From: Candidatus Hadarchaeota archaeon
GTDB taxonomy: Archaea; CAYQAE01; CAYVLA01
Length of the DNA stretch: 19,714 nt
NCBI GenBank assembly: GCA_964452145.1
Contig: CAYVLA010000059.1
Coordinates: 1-19,714 of the forward strand
Reading direction: 5' to 3'
Positions 1 to 8,783 of this stretch are shown here, piece after piece. Position 1 is the stretch's first letter; each line of letters begins with the position of its first letter. The notes under the pieces were generated by a model. It saw only the letters and a list, made by a program, of their open reading frames with translations. It was not told where the DNA came from and made no database searches. The position numbers and the translations under genes were made by a program.

Positions 1-415
1 CCCAGAGGACCAGGCCGGTGATGACCAGCAGAACGCCGACCATCATGGTGAAAAGCCTCCCGTGCGGATTGGACGAGAACCAGTCGAAGAAGAGCATGTA
101 GACCGGGATGCCTGTCACAGCGGTGAAGATCGTCCCCACCGCCAGGAACCTTGCACTGATGCTTGCCTCTTCAATTCCCAACGGTCTGGACAGAATAGAC
201 CTGATCATTTGCGCGATCTCGTTCCTGAACCTGACCAATATGGCAAGGAGAGATCCGAAGTGGATCCACAGGGCGGTCGAGAGAGCTTGCACCGGCGTGG
301 CGCCAGCATTCTGGAGGATCAACGAGATCTGGCCCGAGCTGCTGAGGGGAAACCATTCCACGAGTCCCTGGACCGCACCGAGAACGGCATAGAGAAGCAG
401 GCTCGGTTCTGCCAC
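1..415 (-). CDS. uppP: Undecaprenyl-diphosphate phosphatase (BacA/UppP family), 3'-truncated by the window edge
   Basis: Not in the ORF track; translated by hand as (M)AEPSLLLYAVLGAVQGLVEWFPLSSSGQISLIL...ALWIHFGSLLAILVRFRNEI... This matches the BacA N-terminal motifs QGxxExxPxSSSG and HxGxLLA. Start is GTG at 415 (21 nt after the ATATAAG box) or in-frame ATG at 433. Confidence 0.9.
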   Translation of the reverse strand, partial: MAEPSLLLYAVLGAVQGLVEWFPLSSSGQISLILQNAGATPVQALSTALWIHFGSLLAILVRFRNEIAQMIRSILSRPLGIEEASISARFLAVGTIFTAVTGIPVYMLFFDWFSSNPHGRLFTMMVGVLLVITGLVLW

Positions 416-436
416 GGCCTTGGCATCCTGCATGCC

Positions 437-444
437 CTTATATC
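437..444 (-). promoter_or_regulatory. Archaeal TATA-box candidate (GATATAAG) for uppP
   Basis: AT-rich TATAAG motif in a GC-rich context; the same motif recurs before several other starts in the window. Confidence 0.5.
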
Positions 445-505
445 TCCTATGTAACAGGTAGCGGGGAGAGGAGCGCGAGAAGCTGGGAGGGACGGTGCCA
501 CCCCT

Positions 506-1735
506 TCAGATCGATCGGAGCCTGGTCTCGCCGATCTCTCGGTACAGCCTGCGCCTCACCATTATAGTCCAGAGGATGAAGCCGCAAAGCATGCCTGTCG
601 CCGACACAACCAGCCATTCTGTGATGTAGACCCAGAGCATGGCCTCGTCCTTGAGCGCGTAGGCCCTATCAGAAGCGGCACTGAGGAGGTCCAAGGCATT
701 CCGCAACCCATCGATGCACTCATCCATCTCTGCATCGAGATAATGCCGCTCGGCCGCGCCCCTCGCCTTCTCGGCATCGCCCACCATAGCCTCCGCGCGC
801 GCCATGTTTGCCCCGAACTTGGAGGCGAACTCCACCACAGCATCCAGCGTCAGGCGCAGATCACGGTACTGATTCATCAGCTGACGGGCCTCGTAGACCC
901 GCTCAAGATCGTCGGGGAGCCTGCCCCCGGTGATGTAGATGGCCAGGTTCAGGGCGTAGTCACCGTAGTGAGGCCACCTGAGGAAGTCCCTCCCCCCGGC
1001 CGGCGTCCAGTCCGTGGTCTGAGCGTATGAGCTGCCGGCTCCAACCTCCATATAGCAGAACAGGGGATGCCTGTCACCGGTAGGCTGGGTCCTGTACCGG
1101 GCAATGAGGACGGACCCCTCCTTCGGGATGACTATGTTGCAGCCATAGAACGTGCCGTATGGGCCGATCTGGTCGAACGGAAGGGATGAAGCTAGCGGGT
1201 TGGCCCCATGGGCTATCTCCAGGCGCCCGGGCTTCTCCTCCCAGCGATCGGTCAGACACTCAACTGGCAGAGCCTCTGCAACATGGGTATCCCCCCAGGA
1301 ACCGGGGGTGTAGATCGTGGCACCGAACGTCTCATACCCCCCGATCATTATGAGGGCTAAGCCATCCTGCACGACAGCGTCCCGGAACCAAGACGTGTGT
1401 TCATCGGTGAAGAACCTCCTGCTTGCGTCGCTGATGACTATCATGTCGTAGCTGTTGACAAGGTTTCCGCGGGTTCTGGGCATGTAGAGGCGCATATACC
1501 GCCTAATGACGGTGGTGGGCTGGGTGAAGCCGATAGCGATGACGGGGACGACTTCGGTCAGAGGATCCCTGATGTAGACCGGATATGGGCTGCTCGGACC
1601 CGGATCTCCGATGTAGAGGATCCTGATTCTGCCGGTCACCGGGTCACGTCTCTGCTCACGGCATTCCCCCGACCCAAGAAGGAGGCAAGCTGCCAGCACC
1701 AGGGTCAAGGAAAGGCAGGCCGGTGGTCTCCTCAA
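506..1735 (-). CDS. Secreted, membrane-anchored GATase1-like (DUF1355-type) domain protein, paralog 1
   Basis: Within ORF 506..1810; probable TTG start at 1735 (MRRPPACLSLTLVLAACLLL, signal-peptide-like), 30 nt after GATATAAG. Motifs YDMIVISD and LIMIGGYETFG...VAEALPV are typical of the GATase1-like fold, followed by a helical stalk, a TM helix and an RRRLYR tail. Confidence 0.7.
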   Translation of the reverse strand: MRRPPACLSLTLVLAACLLLGSGECREQRRDPVTGRIRILYIGDPGPSSPYPVYIRDPLTEVVPVIAIGFTQPTTVIRRYMRLYMPRTRGNLVNSYDMIVISDASRRFFTDEHTSWFRDAVVQDGLALIMIGGYETFGATIYTPGSWGDTHVAEALPVECLTDRWEEKPGRLEIAHGANPLASSLPFDQIGPYGTFYGCNIVIPKEGSVLIARYRTQPTGDRHPLFCYMEVGAGSSYAQTTDWTPAGGRDFLRWPHYGDYALNLAIYITGGRLPDDLERVYEARQLMNQYRDLRLTLDAVVEFASKFGANMARAEAMVGDAEKARGAAERHYLDAEMDECIDGLRNALDLLSAASDRAYALKDEAMLWVYITEWLVVSATGMLCGFILWTIMVRRRLYREIGETRLRSI

Positions 1736-1765
1736 GTCCCTCGAACCTTTACGGATATAGCCTGA

Positions 1766-1780
1766 CTTATATCCCTTTCC
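1766..1780 (-). promoter_or_regulatory. BRE/TATA candidate (GGAAAGGGATATAAG)
   Basis: Purine-rich BRE-like stretch followed by TATAAG, about 30 nt upstream of TTG 1735. Confidence 0.5.
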
Positions 1781-2066
1781 AGCCCCAGCCTCATGCTCAT
1801 GGCATGCCACGACGAGTTTGTTTTCGTAATGAAAAGGTTGGGGCTGCGCTGTCGGTGCATGGATTGATGCGATCCTCGCTTGGCGATCTGACCTATGGGT
1901 GTTTCAGCGGCACGGATCCAATCCCTCAGTTTGCCTGCATAACAAGAATGGGTATCATCACCCGACAGACCAACATCGAGAGCCACGATTGCAGGTCTTG
2001 AGATCAATGTGCCAGAGTCGGGGCAATCGTCGCTCGAACACGAATGCTCCATTGCCGAAGGCCTCG

Positions 2067-2103
2067 GACGCCTACCTTTTCTGTAGGCATCGCAAGGTAT
2101 AAG
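2067..2103 (+). promoter_or_regulatory. Inverted repeat GACGCCTAC-N7-GTAGGCATC abutting a BRE/TATA candidate (GTATAAG 2097-2103)
   Basis: Dyad with 8/9 matching bases at 2067-2075 and 2083-2091; TATAAG lies 24 nt before GTG 2128. Confidence 0.45.
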
Positions 2104-2127
2104 AACTGGCATCACGTCTCCGTGTCT

Positions 2128-2637
2128 GTGGACGGGGAGGATCTCTCCCGAAGGCGGGTCATCAGCCGCATAGCTGACTCCGTTCATCGGCTTGATCTGA
2201 AGAGCGGCCTCCAGACGGAGGTCCTGAGAGAGATCGTTGAGGGTCCGCGGACAGTCCGCGAACTGGTCCAGATAATCTTTGGCGAAGACCGTGACAATCC
2301 CAGCTTCGAAACCCACTATGCAAGAACAAGGAGAGCATTGAAACAACTGGAAGCAAGAGGATATGTTTCCGCAGCCCTCTTCGGGCGTGAGAAACCCTAT
2401 CGATTGACAAAGCATGGAGAGAGATGTCTTGCCAGCCTGGCGATCGGATTGCCAACGCCAAGCGTCGCCCTCCCCACCGACCTAGGCCTATTCGGCGCAA
2501 CCTTGTTTCTCGGGATCCTCAATCTGGTGGGCCAGGCTCTAGGCGGTCCTGCGACATCCATTGTCCCATCAGCATTCCTACTGCTACTGGGCCTGTCTCT
2601 GTGCAGAGCCTTCACGATCCTCCGGGAGGTTCGATAG
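2128..2637 (+). CDS. Winged helix-turn-helix protein with two C-terminal TM helices (membrane-anchored regulator)
   Basis: Within ORF 2044..2637; likely GTG start at 2128 or 2122. EVLREIVEGPRTVRELVQII...RTRRALKQLEARGYV...YRLTKHG fits the ArsR/PadR/MarR-like wHTH pattern, followed by two hydrophobic segments. Confidence 0.7.
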   Translation: MDGEDLSRRRVISRIADSVHRLDLKSGLQTEVLREIVEGPRTVRELVQIIFGEDRDNPSFETHYARTRRALKQLEARGYVSAALFGREKPYRLTKHGERCLASLAIGLPTPSVALPTDLGLFGATLFLGILNLVGQALGGPATSIVPSAFLLLLGLSLCRAFTILREVR

Positions 2638-4230
2638 TTGGCCGATGCCGAGGAGGATTTCTGGGAGGACGAGCAAGGCATGCTCGTGTTGTCCATGAGG
2701 GCAAGGATCGCCACTCTCATCAGCGGTCTGTCCATCCTAGCTGCGGCCTCGGCCCCCAAGGCGGCGCCTCGCATCCATCTACCACCAGAATTGGCCGTAT
2801 TGTCTCTGGCTGTCCTTGTTTCTCTTCTGGTCTATCTGGTTCCTGTGCGCAATAAAGTCAAAGAACCACTTGCGGCTCCACTGGCATCTGACCCGTGCGA
2901 AGAAGGAGCGAGAGTGAACCCGGGAAGACTCATTTTCCTCCTATTCGGCTTCCTGGGACTATCCAACATCACCCAGATTCCGGTTGCATCGCTTCCGGAG
3001 GCCTTGTGGCAGTGGAGTGCAGGCGGGATTCTGGGGCTCGTTCAGATCTGGATAGGATTCTCACTGTTCTGGAAGAAGGGGCAAGAAGTGCTGATAAGCC
3101 GACGAACATGCTACCTCTGCCTCAGTGCCGGTCTGTGGGCCATCGTTCCGCCGCTCCTCGATCATCTCGGCAACTGGGTCCTACGCCCGGGCGGCTTGTT
3201 GCTGGACTGGTCGGCTGTGCCGCCCGTCGTTCAGGGTCTTGGGCGGCTTCCCTTTCTCTCTGGCGTTGTTGGGTGGGCTCTAGCATGTTCTGCCTTATAC
3301 CTCCTTTGGAGGTCGCGGCATGAGGGGCCAACCGTTGACCTGGCACGCTTCCTGCGGAGTATGGCCGAGCCCATCGGCATCTGTCTGTTGGTCATCGGGG
3401 TCCTGACTTCGCTGGTTTTTCTTGGAGCTCTTTCATCCGACTCGATCTACGGAGAGAATATTGGGGCTGTCGGGTTCCTTGGTGTCTGGGCGCTTCTCTC
3501 ATTCTTGGTTGCCCTGCCTCTTTGCAGGGGTCGAGGACCCGAGTCCTTCAGGTGGAGGATGGTCGCCTACCTGTTCTGCTGGATCGCTTTTCTTTCTTAC
3601 TTGTTGATCGTGTCGATATGGTATCGGTTCTGGCCCCTTCTTCCTGCTTTGGTTAGACTCGCTGAAATTAGCCGGGTCTTGAGTGTAGTCGTGTTTCTGT
3701 TCATATTCCTGTCGATCCTCGTCGCTCTTGTTGCTAGGCCCCGATGGATCAAGAGGCGTACCTTGGAACTTGTCGTCATCTCTCTTGGATTGCTGTATGT
3801 CACATGCTGGCTGGCGGCAATCGTTGGGTGGTCACATCCTTCCCGCTTTCTGGTTCGTGACAAGACAGTGGTTTCGAACGGGTACGGGTCCTTTGACGTG
3901 GATATCTCTTTGGAGGTTCGCGGGCTTCCAGACGAGCACACCATGTTGTGGGCTGAGGTATCCGACATCGGCTTCACGGATAGCAAGCGGCCAATACCTC
4001 CGAGCTTGGTTGTACGCCCAGAGCGGGTTGACTTTGGATGGTTAGAAGAGAAATCCGAGTTCGGAACCATCAGGCGGCTCAACCTTTCGGGCAGCTTTCG
4101 GATCTACAACCTCACCGAAGGGCGTTACCGGGTCTGGATCGCTCTTCATGAGGAGGTGCACCGAGAAGATACGGCCCTTCAGAATGTGGTGGATAGGCGT
4201 CGTGTTCTCCTCCGCGTCGGCCCCGCCTGA
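2638..4230 (+). CDS. Hypothetical polytopic membrane protein (about 10-11 TM helices) with a C-terminal beta-rich soluble domain
   Basis: 530-aa ORF; TTG start immediately after the upstream TAG, with a GGGAGGT RBS. Many hydrophobic segments, then about 130 hydrophilic beta-strand-like residues (FDVDISLEVRG...GRYRVWIAL). Confidence 0.7.
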   Translation: MADAEEDFWEDEQGMLVLSMRARIATLISGLSILAAASAPKAAPRIHLPPELAVLSLAVLVSLLVYLVPVRNKVKEPLAAPLASDPCEEGARVNPGRLIFLLFGFLGLSNITQIPVASLPEALWQWSAGGILGLVQIWIGFSLFWKKGQEVLISRRTCYLCLSAGLWAIVPPLLDHLGNWVLRPGGLLLDWSAVPPVVQGLGRLPFLSGVVGWALACSALYLLWRSRHEGPTVDLARFLRSMAEPIGICLLVIGVLTSLVFLGALSSDSIYGENIGAVGFLGVWALLSFLVALPLCRGRGPESFRWRMVAYLFCWIAFLSYLLIVSIWYRFWPLLPALVRLAEISRVLSVVVFLFIFLSILVALVARPRWIKRRTLELVVISLGLLYVTCWLAAIVGWSHPSRFLVRDKTVVSNGYGSFDVDISLEVRGLPDEHTMLWAEVSDIGFTDSKRPIPPSLVVRPERVDFGWLEEKSEFGTIRRLNLSGSFRIYNLTEGRYRVWIALHEEVHREDTALQNVVDRRRVLLRVGPA

Positions 4231-4270
4231 GGGCCGTGGCCAGGCTTGGGCAGATCAAGATCCACCAGCT

Positions 4271-4530
4271 GAGCCTGACCCTCCGGAAATCCTTGATGTA
4301 ATGATCAAAGTTCTCCACGTTATGCCTGGTCTTCCTGGCTATCTCCGGCGGCTGGTACCCGTGCAGGTGCATACTAACGATCTTCTTCTTGTGCGAGGCC
4401 TTAGAACCCACATCGTGCACCGTTCCCCTTGGTCAGCAGAACCGGGTCGGCACTCCCCTCATAGCTGGATACGTACTTGGACACGGTTCCAAGGGACAGA
4501 CCGGGCAGGGCCGACACATCCGGGACTGTT
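4271..4530 (-). pseudogene. Frameshifted remnant of a DUF1670-like HTH protein
   Basis: One frame gives TVPDVSALPGLSLGTVSKYVSSYEGSADPVLLTKG. After one extra base (AAG GGG A ACG GTG CAC, about 4424-4428) the next frame gives TVHDVGSKASHKKKIVSMHLHGYQPPEIARKTRHNVENFDHYIKDFRRV. This resembles the recalled DUF1670 C-terminal pattern PTRGxxHDxG...HKxxI...GY...EIAxxTxH...xDxYIxDFxRV. Confidence 0.6.
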
Positions 4531-4724
4531 TCTGTCCTGTCTCGGAAGGCACGGATGGGAGAGTCATTAGCAGGAGGTGAGATCGAGGTTGATTGTCTGG
4601 AGGTGTGCAGAGGTCCACAAGAACACCAAGCCGGAGTACCATCTCTGGGTATTGGCCTCGAAGCGAGGCATCCAGCGCCATGCCTCAAAACCTTTTTCTT
4701 ACCGAGGGATGACGCCGTCAGCGG

Positions 4725-5309
4725 ATGATCTCATTGAAGAGCATCAAGGGAACGCAGACGGAGAAGGCCCTCCTGGCGTCCTTCGCAGGAGAGTCCCAGG
4801 CAAGGATGCGTTACACGTTTTTCGCATCGAAGGCCAGGAAGGAAGGCTATGAACAGATAGCTGCGGTATTCCAGGAAACCGCAGATAACGAGAAGGAGCA
4901 CGCACAGGTCTTCTTCAAGCACCTGAAGGGCGGAGAGGTCGAGATCACGGCATCCTATCCTGCAGGCATCGTCGGGACCACGGCTGAGAACCTCCTAGCC
5001 GCTGCTGAAGGGGAGAAGATGGAGTGGGGAACGCTCTACCCGGATAACGCGGAAGTGGCGAAGAAGGAGGGCTTTCCCGAGGTTGCCCGCAGCTTCACGG
5101 AGATCGGTGAGGTCGAGGAATACCACGAGAGGAGATACCTCAAGCTGCTCGACAACGTCAACAAGGGGCGCGTCTTCAAGAGGGGAAAGCCTGCGAAGTG
5201 GAAATGCCGCAACTGCGGCTACGTGCACGAGGGCCCAGAAGCACCCAAGGTATGCCCGGCCTGCCAGCATCCCCAGAGCTACTACGAGCTATGGGTCGAG
5301 AACTACTGA
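4725..5309 (+). CDS. rbr: Rubrerythrin
   Basis: KGTQTEKALLASFAGESQARMRY, diiron ligands EKEHA and EEYHERRY, and C-terminal rubredoxin motifs CRNCGY and CPACQHP. Start may be TTG 4734. Confidence 0.97.
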   Translation: MISLKSIKGTQTEKALLASFAGESQARMRYTFFASKARKEGYEQIAAVFQETADNEKEHAQVFFKHLKGGEVEITASYPAGIVGTTAENLLAAAEGEKMEWGTLYPDNAEVAKKEGFPEVARSFTEIGEVEEYHERRYLKLLDNVNKGRVFKRGKPAKWKCRNCGYVHEGPEAPKVCPACQHPQSYYELWVENY

Positions 5310-5336
5310 GTTGGCACGGTCGAATTCGAAGATAAT

Positions 5337-5343
5337 GTTTAAG
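5337..5343 (+). promoter_or_regulatory. TATA-box candidate (GTTTAAG)
   Basis: 26 nt upstream of TTG 5370 in a short intergenic gap. Confidence 0.5.
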
Positions 5344-5369
5344 AGCCAGCCAACCCCGCGCCCTTCGTC

Positions 5370-6602
5370 TTGAGACCGGCCTTGGCTTTCGTTCTTGGCC
5401 TGATGCTCGCTGTGTCAGTTGGACCTGTCGCCGCCCAGAACCAGCCCCGGTTCATAAGGGTTCTCGCCATGGGAAAGGCATCGAGCACCCCGATCATCAC
5501 CGCATGGCTCACCGCCGAGCCTTCAACCGATCCGACCATCATCGCAACCCGGGCATTCGGAGAGGTGACTGGCACCGTCATCAGGCGGTACATGAGGATC
5601 TACTTCCCAAGAACCTACAGTGATCTCTTGGCGTATGAGTTCATCTTCCTGGCCCAGGTCGATATGTCCTTCATCAGCGCCGAACAGGCCAAGTGGATAT
5701 ACTCTGCGCTCAGAGACCACCCGAAGGCCGCCTTGAATACCAGAAGCATCATGAGCGCGGTGTCGACCTATTATCTGGCCTGGCACAGCAGCATCCTACC
5801 CGAAGCCTTCCCCAACGACATCGACGCCGTCATCGAAGACACAGCCAACTTCCAAGGCAAGTCCGGACCACTCATCGTGAAGGACGATCCATCTCTGCCA
5901 AACATCATGAGACCCTACAAGAGCATGATCGAGCCCGTTTACGGGCTCTACGGCGGCGTGAATACGGTGCCTAGGCCGGGGTCGGTGATACTGTCCTACA
6001 CCAAGAACAACGTCGGCGTCGGCTCACCGGTTCCAGGCCAGATAGCGCACGTCTTCTACTGGAAGTGGCACAAGTCCACCACGTTCACTTTCAGGGACAT
6101 GGTTACCGATGCTTTCTGGAGTTCGCCGGCGGGCAACCCGTACGCGCTGGACATCATCATCAACGTGATCTGGTGGAGCACCGGCAGGGACCTGCCCCAG
6201 GATCCGCTCATGGTCCACGATTACCGAGGTCTGGTGTTCACGTACACCATCCGGAGATCGCTTCTGACCAGCCTGCTGGATTTCGCCGAGATCTTCGGGG
6301 CGGACTCGTCCAAGATCTACGCCAAGACCGGGGAAGCGGAGGAGCACAGAAACAGGGGCGCGCAGGAGTACCTGGACAGGGATTTCGTTGCAGCCTACAA
6401 TACGATGAAGACGGCCATGGCCGAACTGGAGAGGCTGGAGGATGATGCCATGAAGCTCAAGGACAAGGCCATGCTCTGGGTGTACGTGGTTCAATGGCTC
6501 GCCACGACCGGCGTCTTCCTGGTGGCCACGGTGCTTCTTTGGTCCCTCATGGTCCGTAGGTCTCTCTACCGAGAGGTTTCAAGCACCAGGCTGGCTGCCT
6601 AG
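5370..6602 (+). CDS. Secreted, membrane-anchored GATase1-like family protein, paralog 2 (divergent)
   Basis: Signal peptide MRPALAFVLGLMLAVSVGPVAA; shares IRRYMRIYFPRTY, DLPQD, FAEIFGA and the tail LKDKAMLWVY...LW...MVRRSLYREVSSTRL with paralogs 1 and 3. Lacks the MxGGxxxF motif. Confidence 0.7.
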   Translation: MRPALAFVLGLMLAVSVGPVAAQNQPRFIRVLAMGKASSTPIITAWLTAEPSTDPTIIATRAFGEVTGTVIRRYMRIYFPRTYSDLLAYEFIFLAQVDMSFISAEQAKWIYSALRDHPKAALNTRSIMSAVSTYYLAWHSSILPEAFPNDIDAVIEDTANFQGKSGPLIVKDDPSLPNIMRPYKSMIEPVYGLYGGVNTVPRPGSVILSYTKNNVGVGSPVPGQIAHVFYWKWHKSTTFTFRDMVTDAFWSSPAGNPYALDIIINVIWWSTGRDLPQDPLMVHDYRGLVFTYTIRRSLLTSLLDFAEIFGADSSKIYAKTGEAEEHRNRGAQEYLDRDFVAAYNTMKTAMAELERLEDDAMKLKDKAMLWVYVVQWLATTGVFLVATVLLWSLMVRRSLYREVSSTRLAA

Positions 6603-6659
6603 CATCCTCGTGCGAAGCTAGGCCCTGGGTTCGGATGCTGTGAACATCCGTGAAGGCGG

Positions 6660-7649
6660 CTACACGGACCAGATTTGAACCTCAACGCCCTTCTTGTCCT
6701 CGCCTGCCTTCCCGCAGATGTGGGCCGCGACGGCGATGTCCTGTATCGCGAGGCCTGTTGAGTCGAAGACGGTTATCTCCTCATCCGACTGCCTGCCGGC
6801 AAGCTTGCCGCAGGCTATCTGTCCAAGCTCGCCGTGAACCATGTCCTTTGTCAAGAGCCCGGCAGCCACGGCGACGTTCATCTCTCCGCCATGGGAGGCT
6901 TGCTCCCAGCTGTCGGGGACGACCTTGCCACCAAGCAGGATTTCGATCTCAAGCTCCTGCTTTCCGGGAGCGTCCGCCCCGATCGCGTTGATATGGGTGC
7001 CGGGATCGATCCATTTCCTCTTCACGATCGGCTGGCGGGAGGGCGTGGTCGTCACCAGCACATCCGATCCTTTCGCTGCGTCCTCCACGGACTTCGCAAC
7101 CTCGGCTCGAATCCCCCGACCATGAGGAAGCTCCAGGAACTTGGCAGCCCTTGCCGGGTCTATGTCGTAGACCCTGACCATGCGAATGCCCGGCACGGTT
7201 TCCATCAATGCCTCCAGTTGGGCGCAGGCCTGCACTCCCGCCCCAACGAACCCGGCAACCTCCGAATCCCGCCTAGCCAGGTACTTGGCGGCGAGGCCCC
7301 CGGCTGCGCCGGTTCTGATCGCCGTAAGGGTGTTTGCGCCCATGAGGGCCTTGGGGAGGCCGCTCTTCGGATCGACCAGGATCAGCGTCGCCATGACGGT
7401 GGGCAGGCCGTACCTCTCCCGGTTCCTGGGGTGTGAGTTGACGATCTTCACGCCCGCGGCGTCCCGATCAAGGATGTAGGCCGGCATGATCCTGAGATCG
7501 CCATTGTAGTTGTCGAAGAACAGGTAGCTCTTGGGGGGCATCTGGGCCCTGCCCAGACCGTCCTGCCTGAAGGCATCCTCCACGACCTCGAGGGCTTCCC
7601 TCATCGGCAGAAGCGAAGCCACATCCGCGTCTGACAGAAGAAGGGCCAA
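6660..7649 (-). CDS. ala: Alanine dehydrogenase, ornithine cyclodeaminase/mu-crystallin family (archaeal type)
   Basis: MPPKSYL, GDLRIMPAY, GVKIVNSHPRN, LTAIRTGAAGG, GAGVQA, GTHINAIGADAPGKQEL and VFDSTGLAIQD. TTG start with a GGTGATGAGG RBS. The family is certain; substrate specificity is inferred. Confidence 0.85.
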   Translation of the reverse strand: MALLLSDADVASLLPMREALEVVEDAFRQDGLGRAQMPPKSYLFFDNYNGDLRIMPAYILDRDAAGVKIVNSHPRNRERYGLPTVMATLILVDPKSGLPKALMGANTLTAIRTGAAGGLAAKYLARRDSEVAGFVGAGVQACAQLEALMETVPGIRMVRVYDIDPARAAKFLELPHGRGIRAEVAKSVEDAAKGSDVLVTTTPSRQPIVKRKWIDPGTHINAIGADAPGKQELEIEILLGGKVVPDSWEQASHGGEMNVAVAAGLLTKDMVHGELGQIACGKLAGRQSDEEITVFDSTGLAIQDIAVAAHICGKAGEDKKGVEVQIWSV

Positions 7650-7670
7650 TTCCTCATCACCAACCCATTG

Positions 7671-8783
7671 TCATCTGCTTGAATCCAGTTGACCGTGCAG
7701 GGCGCTCCCTGCACCATCTCTCTTCCTTCTGAAATACACAAACGCCGCTCCAAGGCCCGCTGCGGCGGCGATGCCGAGCGGAATGAGGTATCCTGGGGAG
7801 GTACCGTCCGCTTCCCCAGGCGGCGGGAGGTACGGGACCAACTCATCCTCAGACATCTGGGAGACGTCGAGCACCTGTGATCTCAGGCCTTCCACCGGGC
7901 CCAAGGCATACTCACTGGAAGCGATGTCTATGTGGGTAACGCTCGCGGTCTGGATGCCCAGGAGGCCGCAACCGTAGGCATCGATGCTGACGGGGTTCTC
8001 GCCGGCCAAAACGCAGTTGGGTTGGATCACCTTGCCCGGTCCGCCCGGCCCTCCGGTCTGGAGCACCCTTATCGCATCGACCACCACGAGGCTTCTCTGC
8101 CCGGAGGAGTCCTGCCTGGAAAGCAGGAACTTGGTCAGATCGGCGATGGACCTGTGGAGGCCGTGATCGTGCATCTTTCCCCTGTCATCGACCAAGCCCA
8201 TCAGGTTCTTCATGGAGATCGTGGCAACGGCCTCGCTGTGAACCTTGAGCTTGGGCATGTTCACGAAGACATCCGCCTCCAGCACATCCTTGGAGAACCC
8301 GATCTCGCCAACCGAGCCTCCCACCGCCATCTTCTCGAACTCGGAGGGTTTCTTGTTCAAGACCTTGCACTTCACGGAATCCAACTCTGATAGCTTCCTC
8401 TCTATCTGGCTTGACCTCAGCCCCAGCTCGGGTGGATTGGTCAGCGTGTTGTCAACGACCCGGATCTCCGAGGCACCCGCCTCCAGACACATCCGCACGA
8501 CGGCTCTCACCAGATCGGGATCGGTGTTGGCCGCGTTGGTTGGGGAGTTGGGCATGCAGTCCCAGGAGAAGTTCGGCTTCACGACCACCAGATCGCCTTC
8601 CTTCACGTACTTGCCGATCCCTCCCAGTTCCTTCACGGCCGCCCTTGCCAGGTACTCGGGCAGATCGTTCTTGGCAACAACCAGATCCGGGATCTCTTGG
8701 GCCAGAACACCTCCCAGCCCGAATAGCCCCACTGGTAGGCACTTGACGAACTCCCTTCTCGACAGATGGCATGGAACTACCAA
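7671..8783 (-). CDS. DUF362 domain protein with a twin-arginine signal and a C-terminal TM anchor
   Basis: N-terminal SRREFVK; DUF362-like motifs VVVKPN, NTDPDLVRAVV, ADVFVNMPKLKVH, TISMKNLMG, VVDAI...GGPGG and NPVSIDA; C-terminal SPGYLIPLGIAAAAGLGAAFVYFRRKR. Confidence 0.8.
   Translation of the reverse strand: MVVPCHLSRREFVKCLPVGLFGLGGVLAQEIPDLVVAKNDLPEYLARAAVKELGGIGKYVKEGDLVVVKPNFSWDCMPNSPTNAANTDPDLVRAVVRMCLEAGASEIRVVDNTLTNPPELGLRSSQIERKLSELDSVKCKVLNKKPSEFEKMAVGGSVGEIGFSKDVLEADVFVNMPKLKVHSEAVATISMKNLMGLVDDRGKMHDHGLHRSIADLTKFLLSRQDSSGQRSLVVVDAIRVLQTGGPGGPGKVIQPNCVLAGENPVSIDAYGCGLLGIQTASVTHIDIASSEYALGPVEGLRSQVLDVSQMSEDELVPYLPPPGEADGTSPGYLIPLGIAAAAGLGAAFVYFRRKRDGAGSALHGQLDSSR

Noticed and set aside
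62..454. Plus-strand ORFs of 130 and 94 aa
   Set aside because: Antisense shadows of uppP, which has clear family motifs on the minus strand.
1732..2415. 227-aa minus-strand ORF, and small ORFs in 1810-2090
   Set aside because: Overlaps the wHTH gene antisense and has no recognisable motifs or RBS; treated as intergenic.
2635..2640. In-frame TAG between the wHTH and membrane protein genes as pyrrolysine or recoding
   Set aside because: A GGGAGGT RBS precedes the TTG, and TAG is a true stop at the expected ends of ala, ogt and paralog 2.
6660..7649. OCD-family gene as an ornithine cyclodeaminase partnering proC
   Set aside because: The sequence looks closer to archaeal AlaDH, and it lies in a different transcription unit about 5 kb from the operon, so no link can be supported.
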